Shown here: positions 19,656 through 28,920 of the stretch, in pieces
Layout of the letters: each line of letters opens with the position of its first letter
How positions within the stretch are numbered: position 1 is the first letter of the stretch
Origin: Candidatus Bathyarchaeota archaeon
GTDB lineage: Archaea; Thermoproteota; Bathyarchaeia; Bathyarchaeales; Bathycorpusculaceae
Assembly (NCBI GenBank): GCA_963782525.1
Contig: CAWAKC010000011.1
Coordinates: 32,001-96,000 of the forward strand
Direction of reading: 5' to 3'
DNA length: 64,000 nucleotides
Translations under genes and position numbers: made by a program
The notes under the pieces: model-generated
The model's database searches: none
Seen by the model: the letters and a program-made list of their open reading frames with translations, nothing else
Told to the model about the DNA's origin: nothing

Positions 19656-20186
19656 TTTTAACCAAAAAATTGGTTGCTAGTTGGTGGCTGTAGGTGACAA
19701 CAAATCAATATATTCTATGTAAACTATGATTATTTTGTCGGATGAGGAACACGCTTCACGGTGACACGCAGTATTGGTCGCTAAGTAACTGCTAAAATGC
19801 AGCTGAGATAACGTCAAGGCGGCAAATTGGTAAGTGCTAATGACTAGGCGGTGTTTTCTGTGAGGTTTAGACTCACCCGGCTTTGTTTTTGCTTCAAACA
19901 ATCTACAGCGTGTTGAGAAGACATTTTATTTGAAACCTGATTGATTTGGTTCAATGTATGGGTAAATTGGGTAATTATTTGGGTTTAAATCTGTAAATTC
20001 TTTAAAAGATGGAAATGAACAATGGACTATTGATGGGACGCAGTGTTTGCAGGGTTTTCTGTTTTCATTTTTCTCCTTTACCTGCAAGCACTACTCCCCA
20101 TATGCAAGTTCAAAAACGCGACCTTCTGTCACTGCTTATCCGCAAGCAATAAAAATCTCTAAGACACTTCTATTAGCGGTCTTTTT

Positions 20187-20561
20187 ATGGCAAACCAAAG
20201 AACAATAGATGAAATTTTAGGCAATCTCCAACCAGCCCAGAAAGAAACAATCCAAAACCTGCGTGTCCTCATCAAAAACGCGGTACCAGAAACCATGGAG
20301 TTGGTAAAAAACGAAAAAATCACCTACAAGTTAGATGCCAAAGACTTTGTTTGGATAAGTCATTATCAATCGCATGTTGACTTGGAGTTTTCAATGGGAG
20401 CCAGTCTTGATTCAAATTTGCTTAAGACTCGCGGAGTCGCCGAAAAAAACGATAATATTAGACATATCACGGTAGGCAACTTTGACAAGATAAAGCCTGA
20501 GTTAACTAAACTGCTCAAGCAAGCAGCAGCGATAGGCTTAGAACATTGCCCCACCAAATAA
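20187..20561 (+). CDS. DUF1801 (YdhG-like) protein
   Basis: IDE....L..., LR.LIK...P...E..K, HV.L.F..GA.L and RHI motifs. Confidence 0.7.
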   Translation: MANQRTIDEILGNLQPAQKETIQNLRVLIKNAVPETMELVKNEKITYKLDAKDFVWISHYQSHVDLEFSMGASLDSNLLKTRGVAEKNDNIRHITVGNFDKIKPELTKLLKQAAAIGLEHCPTK

Positions 20562-20573
20562 ATCAAGGAGCAA

Positions 20574-20939
20574 TCAGAGTTTAGACAAGTTTTCTTTAAC
20601 TCTAAACTGAACTATCCTCTTTACCAAATCATAAGGAATTGGCTTATCTAAAAGAAACCTAATTGTCCCTTTAGACAACTCATAACTCGACAACTCGTCT
20701 TTAAACGCCTCGATTGCTGAGACTTTGGGGAAGAACCCAATGTGATTCTTGAATGCTGCAAACCATACCAAAATGCCGTTCTGTTTGAAAGCAGGCATCT
20801 TATAACTGATGGTCTCTTCCGCTTTCGGCGCTGCTTCCTTGACGGCTTGCCTAACCTTCTCCAAAATCACTTGCACATCTTTCGGAAAAGCAGCGATGTA
20901 CTCATCTATAGTTTTGTAGGTTTCCATGGATTTTGGCAT
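20574..20939 (-). CDS. DUF1801 (YdhG-like) protein
   Basis: TIDEYIA.FP, E.ISY.MPAF, FAAFKNHIGF and SKGTIRF..DKPIP motifs. Confidence 0.85.
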   Translation of the reverse strand: MPKSMETYKTIDEYIAAFPKDVQVILEKVRQAVKEAAPKAEETISYKMPAFKQNGILVWFAAFKNHIGFFPKVSAIEAFKDELSSYELSKGTIRFLLDKPIPYDLVKRIVQFRVKENLSKL

Positions 20940-21240
20940 TGGGAATTTCCTATAATTGAATATTGCAAGGTTTCCTATTTCTTTTCTTGCGATCTGATTC
21001 GAAAAGAGTCCTTAGAGGCTATGGGTTAGAGTGTCCTTTGTAGAACAAAAAAACAACGCGAATTCACACAAACTTTGCAATATACTCTCCAAGCGCAGCA
21101 AATCTTTCATGTAAAGCTGTTAAAGTTACTGTTCAAGTGCATATCAGTTGTATTCGTGACAATTCTAGAAGGGTAAGTGTGGGTTTGTAATATAGATTAT
21201 ACACTACTAAAAGATGAGCTTCCCATGATAAAAAAAAAGC

Positions 21241-21555
21241 TTGTTATTTTTCTCTATGCTAGTATTGGTCGGTTTTTTTGATTGGTTAACCACTGTTGTA
21301 GGCGTTGCCTTCTTTGGAGCAAGCGAAACTAATCCACTGCTCTTTGGACTTTTAAGTTCAAACATGGTGCTTTTTAGTGCGGTCAAACTATTTGCTGTTG
21401 TGGCTGGGGGTTTAGCTTTCTACAAAGCAGCTGGACTAAGCACCCTTTTGAATCGGGGTTTAACTAAAAGATTCTTAGACGTCAGTTATTTTTTTACTTT
21501 CTTAGGTCTTATCTTAGTTGTTTTCAATAATTTGAGTGTTGTATTGAAGTTTTAA
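21241..21555 (+). CDS. DUF5658-family membrane protein
   Basis: D.LTT..G....GA.E.NP and terminal NN motif, paralog of 49462-49815. Confidence 0.7.
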   Translation: MLFFSMLVLVGFFDWLTTVVGVAFFGASETNPLLFGLLSSNMVLFSAVKLFAVVAGGLAFYKAAGLSTLLNRGLTKRFLDVSYFFTFLGLILVVFNNLSVVLKF

Positions 21556-21740
21556 CAAAAATCTCTTCATTATTTAAAATACTAATCTTATTCGTAGCGG
21601 GCGTTCTTCATGTTTTGGTTGCTGATTTGTTTTCCAAAACAGAGTCCTTAGGTGAGAGGAGGGTGTCCTAAAGGGAGTTGTACTCGCTACCCGAGGTGTT
21701 TTTGCTGGAAGTTGTACTATTCACGGTAATGCCTACTCGC

Positions 21741-22022
21741 TTACTCTAACCAACAGAAAATTGAGAACTTAGAAACTGTTTTAGTTTCAGAAAGATTTTG
21801 TTCTTTTGATTCACTTTCCCAATTAATTAGCCACCAACCAATACCAAATGCTAAAATACCAAACGAGATTAACAAAACGAAGTTAACCTGATGATTGTAA
21901 AAATAATTTAGCTTGTAGATTAACTCTTCAATGAAAAAGATGGATGCAAGTACAAATGCAAGTACCCATAGAATCAAACCTAACAATCTCAAAAGTCTCA
22001 TGTTACCACTGTTCTTTTTCAA
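21741..22022 (-). CDS. Small 2-TM hypothetical protein
   Basis: Two hydrophobic helices, AT-rich. Confidence 0.45.
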   Translation of the reverse strand: MKKNSGNMRLLRLLGLILWVLAFVLASIFFIEELIYKLNYFYNHQVNFVLLISFGILAFGIGWWLINWESESKEQNLSETKTVSKFSIFCWLE

Positions 22023-22298
22023 ATTGCAATCAACTTAAAACTATTATTTCAGCAATTTATTTATTCGGTTTTTTGTGCCTTTGCGTTCCAAAAACCGCTT
22101 TCTGATTACTCTTGTGCAGGCAGAGAGTAATTCATTTTTGCTTCTTTTTAATAAAGAAGGTTCTTTGTTGTTGAGTTGAGACCGATTATTTTCTCTACAG
22201 CGTGTTCTCGCTTTTGCCTTTGCCTTCTAAATGTATGAGCAGTTTCTCGACTTTTAGAAGAGTATTTATGTCTAAGTGGATGTTTGTGTTGTTTGCGT

Positions 22299-22443
22299 GG
22301 GCGAGTAGCTCAGTACGGATACTCAAGCCGCTTCCACAAGTGTCTCCTTTAGTGGGGGGTACTCGGATTTTCTGGCTTGAGCTGGATAGAGCACCAGCCT
22401 CCTAAGTTGGGGGTCGAGGGTTCAAATCCCTCCTCGCCCGCCA
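22299..22443 (+). tRNA. tRNA-Arg(CCU) with about 67-nt intron in the D-loop (about 22321-22387), CCA encoded
   Basis: Acceptor GGGCGAG/CTCGCCC-G-CCA, D-stem GCTC/GAGC, anticodon arm CCAGC-CT-CCT-AA-GTTGG, T-arm GAGGG-TTCAAAT-CCCTC. Intron closed by a CTCAAGCC/GGCTTGAG helix with ATA bulges on both strands. Confidence 0.92.
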
Positions 22444-22633
22444 TATTTCTTGATTTAGGACTAAGTCTTAACTCTTTTATTCCCATTGATTTATTCCCAT
22501 AATTGGGAGTAACTTTATGCTTGATGTATGTTCTTTTGCCGTTAGAAAAACCTTGATAATGCAGTATTCTTTTGCTATTTCCTCTCTCTTCTAAAATTCC
22601 TTCAGCGTTACAAACTGGGCAAAGAACCTTCAT
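22349..22633 (-). CDS. Integrase N-terminal fragment int(N) with CxxC
   Basis: Reads through the att repeat as AGEEGFEPSTPNLGG, the same frame as AGGEGFEPSTPNLGG in int(C). Confidence 0.8.
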   Translation of the reverse strand: MKVLCPVCNAEGILEERGNSKRILHYQGFSNGKRTYIKHKVTPNYGNKSMGIKELRLSPKSRNMAGEEGFEPSTPNLGGWCSIQLKPENPSTPH

Positions 22634-22764
22634 TCCTTACCTGCCTCCATAAGTTTCACGGCGTTTCTAATTGCATTCTCAGAAATTTTTGTAACATTCA
22701 AACCTAGGTCATGGGCTTTCTTTAGGAGGTCCTCATCAATTCGCATAGTTGTTATTCTCTTCAA
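22630..22764 (-). CDS. CcdA-like ribbon-helix-helix protein (44 aa)
   Basis: Not in ORF track. MKRITTMRIDEDLLKKAHDLGLNVTKISENAIRNAVKLMEAGKE, with ATGA overlap onto int(N). Confidence 0.8.
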   Translation of the reverse strand: MKRITTMRIDEDLLKKAHDLGLNVTKISENAIRNAVKLMEAGKE

Positions 22765-22768
22765 CCCG

Positions 22769-22799
22769 ATTACTCCAGTGTAATGCTTTGTATATACAA
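22769..22799. promoter_or_regulatory. Palindromes upstream of the RHH-int operon (candidate operator)
   Basis: ATTAC-N6-GTAAT (22769-22784) and perfect TTGTATATACAA (22788-22799). Confidence 0.35.
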
Positions 22800-22887
22800 G
22801 TATTTATTTAAGTATTATTCCCCAACCTAATAGTCAATCGTGGTCTTGAGGAACATTGATATGCAAAACCAAGATAACTAAAGCACT

Positions 22888-23382
22888 ATGGAGACAGTAA
22901 GAAGAGCCAACCTAAAGAATAGCAGAAGTATCCTCGGAATGCTTTTAGAATTGGCAACAGTTCAAGCCCTCAAAAACATTCCTCTATACGTTGAACGAAC
23001 TTCTCAGTTTAACGAGTATTACGAGCGAGATATAAGCGAAGGACCAGATATAATTTTCCAATATGGTGACAGAAAAACTGGTGTCATTGAATGCAAAAAT
23101 CTTAATAAAGATTGCATTTTAAGTGAAGACTGGTTTAATAAATCAGTGAAGGATCGTTTCTTCCCAATGTATAAAGACCTTGATGCATATTTTTTGGTAA
23201 TATCCCAGTTCCAAACAAGTCCGATAGAATTGGCAAAGAAAATTGAAACGAGCTATTTTATCGTTGAAGTTGGTTTCCAAATAACCGATCAGTTATCTTA
23301 CGAGGCAGCTATACCGATAATTCAAAAGCAGTTCTTTTTGCTTACAGAATCCCTAAAGGGGAATCCTGAGAGCTCGGAATAA
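22888..23382 (+). CDS. PD-(D/E)xK nuclease-fold protein
   Basis: G.LLE...GPDII...VIECKN. Confidence 0.65.
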   Translation: METVRRANLKNSRSILGMLLELATVQALKNIPLYVERTSQFNEYYERDISEGPDIIFQYGDRKTGVIECKNLNKDCILSEDWFNKSVKDRFFPMYKDLDAYFLVISQFQTSPIELAKKIETSYFIVEVGFQITDQLSYEAAIPIIQKQFFLLTESLKGNPESSE

Positions 23383-23861
23383 GAAAGTCGACCCTATTAA
23401 AATAATATAATAGTAATATAGTCATAGAACAGTCACGGAATTTCACTTGAAGAGTCTTCAGAATCGAGTCAATATTCTTTCCCAATATCCAAAATCAATG
23501 CTGAAATCAACAGTGGGAAATACCCTACTATATAATAAAAAAACTACTATATTATTTAAAATGCTTAATGTTTCACGCTCAAAAAAAACTATTATTACTT
23601 TTACAAATTGAGTGAAAAGATACGTGCTTTATACTACCCTATCGCTCTTCGCTCTCCTTTCTTAGCTCATCGCTCTTCAAGTAAAAATACAGTTGTAATA
23701 AAATTCTTAATCATTTGAATGTTAATAACGAAAGAAATAATCTCAAACTATCCCTATTATTTTCATTCAATAAACGTCTCATCATTAGCAAGTTTGAATC
23801 TTGGCTGCCTATTAGGGCTGATACAAACACTTAAGACTGTTCAAATAGATAAAGAAAATAG

Positions 23862-25097
23862 ATGAGGATATTTAGAGCAAGAACCCCTGTGTCAAAGTCT
23901 TCCTTCAAGATACAATCAAGAATCATAAAAAAATTCCGTCTTTGGAAAAAACTGATTCCCATTATTATCCTATTTCTAATTTCGAGCATATTGCTCGCAC
24001 AAGCAGCATACTGTTATGCTGATCCTCAAAATTATCCAAGTGTGTCGAGTCTTACTCGAAGAAGATATGATCCACGTATTGCACCTCAAGAAGTATACAG
24101 TATTCCATTTTTTGTACAAGCGCATGTAAACGGAAAAGTAAACTGTGAAATCACTTTGACTTCGATGAAATCAGTAGGAGTGACATGGACTCAAACAACA
24201 TATCTAACGTCTAATGGCACAACACTTAGCCTAACAAAGGTGAATATGCTTCCCATTAACGATATGAACGACCTGACTATAACTCTTAATGGTCAGACTG
24301 TTCCAGTTTATTTATCAGACGTTAATGGCGTGCAATCCTACACAACGAACGGATATAATTTGACGAATACTAACCAAGTAGAGACAATTATAATATCGTA
24401 TAATATTGAACGTTCCCCCGATAACGATTTTTATGTTAAAATTCCTTGGCTTTTTAATGAGAACTATGCACAACAAATTCAATTTCCTGTTAGTAATTCT
24501 CCTATAGAAGAAAACAAATCTTCTGATGAGAACACTTTCACAATAAATTTCGGGCTTCCTTTTAGACAGATTGTAACAAGTATGAGTGGGTGGATGGACG
24601 AATTTGATAACCTAAAAGATTATAAAATTTATGCTAATGGAACTGTTTCTACTTATGCACTCTTCGTAGAATTTCCCATAAATCAAACTTTCGAAACTAG
24701 TGGAAATACCTACTACTTTACCACTAATTTTTCTCAACAGAATAATGCAAATTCATTGGCGATTACAATAATTCCAAGCTTAAATGTCATTCTTTTTTTC
24801 CTTCCCTTCATAATATCGCCTTTCTACTTTCTCGCTGTCGAATATCCGATAAAGAAATATAACGAAACGAAGAGAAGAAATTCTCAAGTGAAGAGTAATA
24901 GAGCAAGATTCCTCAGATTAGCATATACTCTAATCATTCCATTTACGCTCTATATAGCTGGAAATTTTAACGAACTACTTTCTTTACTATCCTATATGAT
25001 AAGTGTAATGAGTCCAATTGGCTTTCTTGCTCTTAGTTACCCAATAATTTCTTACATTGTCTTACGTCAGACAGTTTTAAAGACCTGTCATTATTAA
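23862..25097 (+). CDS. Membrane-anchored extracellular hypothetical protein (element cargo)
   Basis: N-terminal signal/TM, N/T-rich beta region, about 3 C-terminal TM helices. Confidence 0.65.
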   Translation: MRIFRARTPVSKSSFKIQSRIIKKFRLWKKLIPIIILFLISSILLAQAAYCYADPQNYPSVSSLTRRRYDPRIAPQEVYSIPFFVQAHVNGKVNCEITLTSMKSVGVTWTQTTYLTSNGTTLSLTKVNMLPINDMNDLTITLNGQTVPVYLSDVNGVQSYTTNGYNLTNTNQVETIIISYNIERSPDNDFYVKIPWLFNENYAQQIQFPVSNSPIEENKSSDENTFTINFGLPFRQIVTSMSGWMDEFDNLKDYKIYANGTVSTYALFVEFPINQTFETSGNTYYFTTNFSQQNNANSLAITIIPSLNVILFFLPFIISPFYFLAVEYPIKKYNETKRRNSQVKSNRARFLRLAYTLIIPFTLYIAGNFNELLSLLSYMISVMSPIGFLALSYPIISYIVLRQTVLKTCHY

Positions 25098-25278
25098 GGA
25101 AAGAAATCTTACAGAGGCAATTATTCTAAATCTCTGTAAACAATACTAATACATTAGCTTTGAAAGCGATTACTTCAAGTACAATAATTGGTTCTACTGC
25201 TTTGGCATAATACATCTAATCGTTCAAAAAAGAGGAAAGTAGATTCTAACAAATAGATTTTATTCTTAAATAAGAAAG

Positions 25279-26175
25279 CTATTGGAATATTGTATGCTCT
25301 AAGTTTTCTTGTATACATAGTACTTGATTACTAAATGCTTTCATTGTTTCTGCTAAGTAGTGCCTACAGAAGACAGTCTTGGGAACCCTACCAGCTAGCA
25401 CATCTACCAGCTCCTTAGAGAACACCATTTTTTCTTAGGTAAGTGTTATTGTAACTCCTTAGCTCCTTCAGTCTTATCTGGAGTTTTTTCCTCATGAACC
25501 TACAGTGAATAGCATTATAGGTTACTGGTTGACTGTTGCATACCTGATTAATAATTTCTTTAGATACAAAGCTAATGTAAGCATTTTTAGTTCCACGCAA
25601 AAAAACCTTGCCATATTTGAAGTGCTCTAAAACCTCTAGTTCTTCATTGTAGTATTCGCCAAGCTTACCTTTAGAGTGAAGGTCTATTATCATGTTGAAA
25701 GAGTTCAAGCCTTCATTTTTTCTTAAACCAGTAATAGCTAAAAATCTTACGAATAATCTTTCATTGTCGCAAAGTACTGATTGAATTTCTTTAATGTATT
25801 TTGGCAAGCTATCATGCTTATGGTTGAAAATAGCTAGGAAGCCATTAAACGCAGTGTCTTCATTAGTCCATTTAATTCCATAGTTTTTGAGTTTCATTTT
25901 GTACTGTTCGTAGCATCCTAGATATTTTGAAAGACAAACGATGGCTTTTAGAACATTAGGTCTTTGTGATTGTGGTAAGGATAGAATCTTGGAAGGATTA
26001 TCTAAACATTCAGAATACTTCATAGCATTATTGAACTGCGCAGTAGCGTACTGCTTACTAGTATACTTGTTTCCTAGGAAAACTTTGTAGTTATTGGCTA
26101 AATAGTCCAAGTTACTCCCATGAAGCATGCCTCCTAAGTTGGGGGTCGAGGGTTCAAATCCCTCCCCGCCCGCCA
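25279..26175 (-). pseudogene. Tyrosine integrase C-terminal fragment int(C), frameshifted near 25416
   Basis: FLAITGLRKNEG, KNAYISF and LKELRS, then TAA at 25415-25417. A shifted frame continues KELVDVLAGRVPKTVFCRHYL...TAG (25279) and contains the catalytic Tyr. Confidence 0.87.
26129..26175 (+). repeat. att copy 2 (3' half of tRNA-Arg)
   Basis: GCCTCCTAAGTTGGGGGTCGAGGGTTCAAATCCCTCCCCGCCCGCCA. Confidence 0.95.
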
Positions 26176-26407
26176 CGGACAATTCCCGCCCGTTTTGGCT
26201 CGGGTGATAGTTACTTGCGTTTCTTGAAAACTTTATTGTCTCCAAAGTCGCACACGAATTCAAAGCCACCTTCTATTAGTTGGCAGGTTTCGTGTTCAGT
26301 GTGTGAAACTCTTGCGACGAACTCTTCTCTTAAATAAACCAGCTGCGTGTACATATGAAAATTTATATAGCAAAATAGTCGAGTAAATAGCTAAGGAGAC
26401 AGACAAG

Positions 26408-28117
26408 TTGGCAAAAACAAAACAAATTCTAGTTTTAACCCTTTTAACTTTAATGATAATAACAGCTCTACCCCCTTTAGTGGGGGCAGCACAACCGGAC
26501 TGGCAAGCACAACCCATGTACAAGGTCAAAGCTACAAATGTTGACCCGAACTCAATAGGAGCAAATAGCCCCTATTATGCGCCCCTTGATATCAGAGAAG
26601 CATATAAAATCCCAATCACGGGCGACTCGGGCACTATAGCTATCATCGAGGCTTATGATAATCCAAAAGTGACAGCTGATCTAGCAACTTTTTGCAGCGT
26701 CTTTACTTGGCCATCAGCAAACCTCGAAGTACACAAAATGTCCCAGACAATCCTACCAAATGCTGGCTGGGCACTTGAATCAGATCTAGATGTTCAATGG
26801 GCTCACGCTGTTGCGCCACACGCAAAACTATTGCTAGTTGAAGCAAAAAGCGCCTCAATTGTTGATCTAATATCAGCAGTTGATTACGCAAACAGCAGAA
26901 CCGATGTGGTTGCAATTTCTATGAGTTGGGGAGCAAACGAAAATACTGGTCAACTCGCCTATGACAGCCACTTCACCACAAACGGAAAAGTCTACTTTGC
27001 ATCCTCAGGCGACGTAGGAGGCGTTGTCAGTTGGCCATCAAGCTCTCCAAACGTAGTCTCCGTTGGAGGAACAAAGCTAACAATGACGACTGATGGCTAC
27101 ACTGAAACCGCCTGGACTGATGGCGGCGGCGGAGTAAGCACAATTGAAAAAGTACCCAATTACCAAATAGGCGTAACAGACATATACTCCCAAGGTAAAC
27201 GAGCAACCCCTGATGTCTCCTACAACGCCGACCCTAACACAGGTTTTCTAGTATACGATAGCTATGGATACAACGGCGGTAGAGGTTGGTTCATCGTTGG
27301 AGGCACCAGCGCAGGCGCACCACAATGGGCAGCCATCTGCACCTTTGATAAGAGTGCAACAAACGCCAACTTTTACACAAACTACAACTACGGCACAACC
27401 TTCTCAGACATAATTAGCGGATCAAACAAATACTCCGCAGTGGTGGGTTATGATTTAGCAACCGGTATAGGTAGCCCCCTTGGGGTAAAATTTGGAGCGT
27501 CCCCAGCACCTGACTTCTCAATAACAGCACCTAGCGCAATACCAATAAGTACGGTCACATCAAGCGGAGCAGCAACAATAACAGTCAATTCCATCCACAG
27601 CTTTGCGAATAATGTTGTACTCACCGCAACAGACGTTAATGCGGTGGGTCTAGGAATTAGTTTTAATCCTACAACAGTAACAGGTGGGAGCGGATCATCT
27701 ACAATGACTATAACCTTACCAACAGGTATAACACCAGGCACCTATCCAATTACAATCCAAGGCAGCGATGGAACAACAACACACACTGCAAGCATAAACG
27801 TGCAAGTAATCAACCCCGACTTCACCTTAACAGCAAACCCAACAAACCTCAACATAAAACGAGGAAACATGGCCACTTCCACCATAACAGTGAATCCAAC
27901 CGGTGACTACAGCGGTACACCACAACTAAGTATAACGAGCAACAACCCAGCGGGAATGACAATCACATTCTCTCCAAATCCCACAGCAGGATCGACAACT
28001 ATGACAGTAAAGGTAGACCGAACAACAGCACCAGTCGCCTATACTCTGACAATAACAGGCAATGATGGCCAATTAAGTCATAGTCTTACATTCCAAGTTA
28101 AAGTGACGGTTAAATAA
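26408..28117 (+). CDS. Secreted S53 (sedolisin/kumamolisin-like) peptidase with two C-terminal Ig-like repeats
   Basis: Signal peptide, ESDLDVQW (Glu/Asp), SSGD, PDVS, GGTSAGAP (Ser) and GYDLATG.GSP motifs. Confidence 0.9.
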   Translation: MAKTKQILVLTLLTLMIITALPPLVGAAQPDWQAQPMYKVKATNVDPNSIGANSPYYAPLDIREAYKIPITGDSGTIAIIEAYDNPKVTADLATFCSVFTWPSANLEVHKMSQTILPNAGWALESDLDVQWAHAVAPHAKLLLVEAKSASIVDLISAVDYANSRTDVVAISMSWGANENTGQLAYDSHFTTNGKVYFASSGDVGGVVSWPSSSPNVVSVGGTKLTMTTDGYTETAWTDGGGGVSTIEKVPNYQIGVTDIYSQGKRATPDVSYNADPNTGFLVYDSYGYNGGRGWFIVGGTSAGAPQWAAICTFDKSATNANFYTNYNYGTTFSDIISGSNKYSAVVGYDLATGIGSPLGVKFGASPAPDFSITAPSAIPISTVTSSGAATITVNSIHSFANNVVLTATDVNAVGLGISFNPTTVTGGSGSSTMTITLPTGITPGTYPITIQGSDGTTTHTASINVQVINPDFTLTANPTNLNIKRGNMATSTITVNPTGDYSGTPQLSITSNNPAGMTITFSPNPTAGSTTMTVKVDRTTAPVAYTLTITGNDGQLSHSLTFQVKVTVK

Positions 28118-28410
28118 CCGCACTCTTTTTCACTTTTAATTTAAGCTGGTTCTTGATTATTTTTATAGCGCTTACACTTAATTTCATTAAGAGGCATCTT
28201 ATGCCACCTAACATTAAAGCGCCGCTATTTGTCTGTGCTTGCAATCTTAGGCTACACAATGCTTACGTCTTTGCTAATCAATGACCTAATCAAAGTGTAC
28301 CTTATTCATAAATAAGTCACATGAAAAAATAAAATGCGCTGTGGAAACTGACGCTTTTCGGAGGATCGATAAAAAAGGAGGGTTGCGGGTGATATCTCCA
28401 CTTACGCGGA

Positions 28411-28435
28411 GGTTCAAATCCCTCCCCGCCCGCCA
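28411..28435 (+). repeat. att copy 3 (tRNA-Arg 3' end, 25 bp)
   Basis: GGTTCAAATCCCTCCCCGCCCGCCA, identical to 26151-26175. Confidence 0.88.
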
Positions 28436-28674
28436 TTGGATCGCTTCAGTCTCCTTAAGCTGTAAGGTCCTTTGACACTTCTAGCAAGTTCCCAGATGCA
28501 ATTTTCACTATCCATAAAAGCGACGCATTCACCTTTTTCCAAATTTATCACAAGCATCTTGTCATTTTCATAGAGTTCCTTCTTTGAGCCTTCTATGCCA
28601 AGCAATGCTTTGAATGCCAAGCCAACTTTACCTTCAAGATCCTTAACTCTAACTGGAGATTTTATGCTAACCAT
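28414..28674 (-). CDS. Hypothetical protein ending inside att copy 3
   Basis: 86-aa ATG ORF, no motif recognised. Confidence 0.45.
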   Translation of the reverse strand: MVSIKSPVRVKDLEGKVGLAFKALLGIEGSKKELYENDKMLVINLEKGECVAFMDSENCIWELARSVKGPYSLRRLKRSNGGRGGI

Positions 28675-28920
28675 TTTCTCTTACACCTAAGTCTTGAGCA
28701 ATAGACTGGTCTATTAATGGTGAGACCACTAGTGTGGGCTCTCTATGTAAGATACCGAAGCATTCTTCATTCATAATTATCAATCCAATGATGTTAAGTT
28801 AGTTTTTCTTTAAGAAGTGAATGTTCGAACTAATAGTGAGGTATGCAGAGGGCTAAGTAAAAGTAAACCAGCAAAAACCTCTTAAGGACAGAATTTCTAA
28901 CCTACCGAGGGGTATAACGG

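Larger units (their letters stand above)
22397..26175. mobile_element. tRNA-Arg-integrated mini-element with SSV-type partitioned integrase (predicted 3732-bp circle)
   Basis: 47-bp direct repeats at 22397-22443 and 26129-26175 (1 mismatch), int(N) and int(C) fragments each overlapping one repeat, AT-rich interior. Confidence 0.9.

Noticed and set aside
19835-19850. GCTAATGAC resembling a fluoride riboswitch 3' motif
   Set aside because: The upstream GATG...pseudoknot element is missing and there is no suitable downstream gene.
26176-26269. ORF-track N-terminal extension of the integrase
   Set aside because: It lies outside att copy 2. The true N-terminus is int(N) at 22633.
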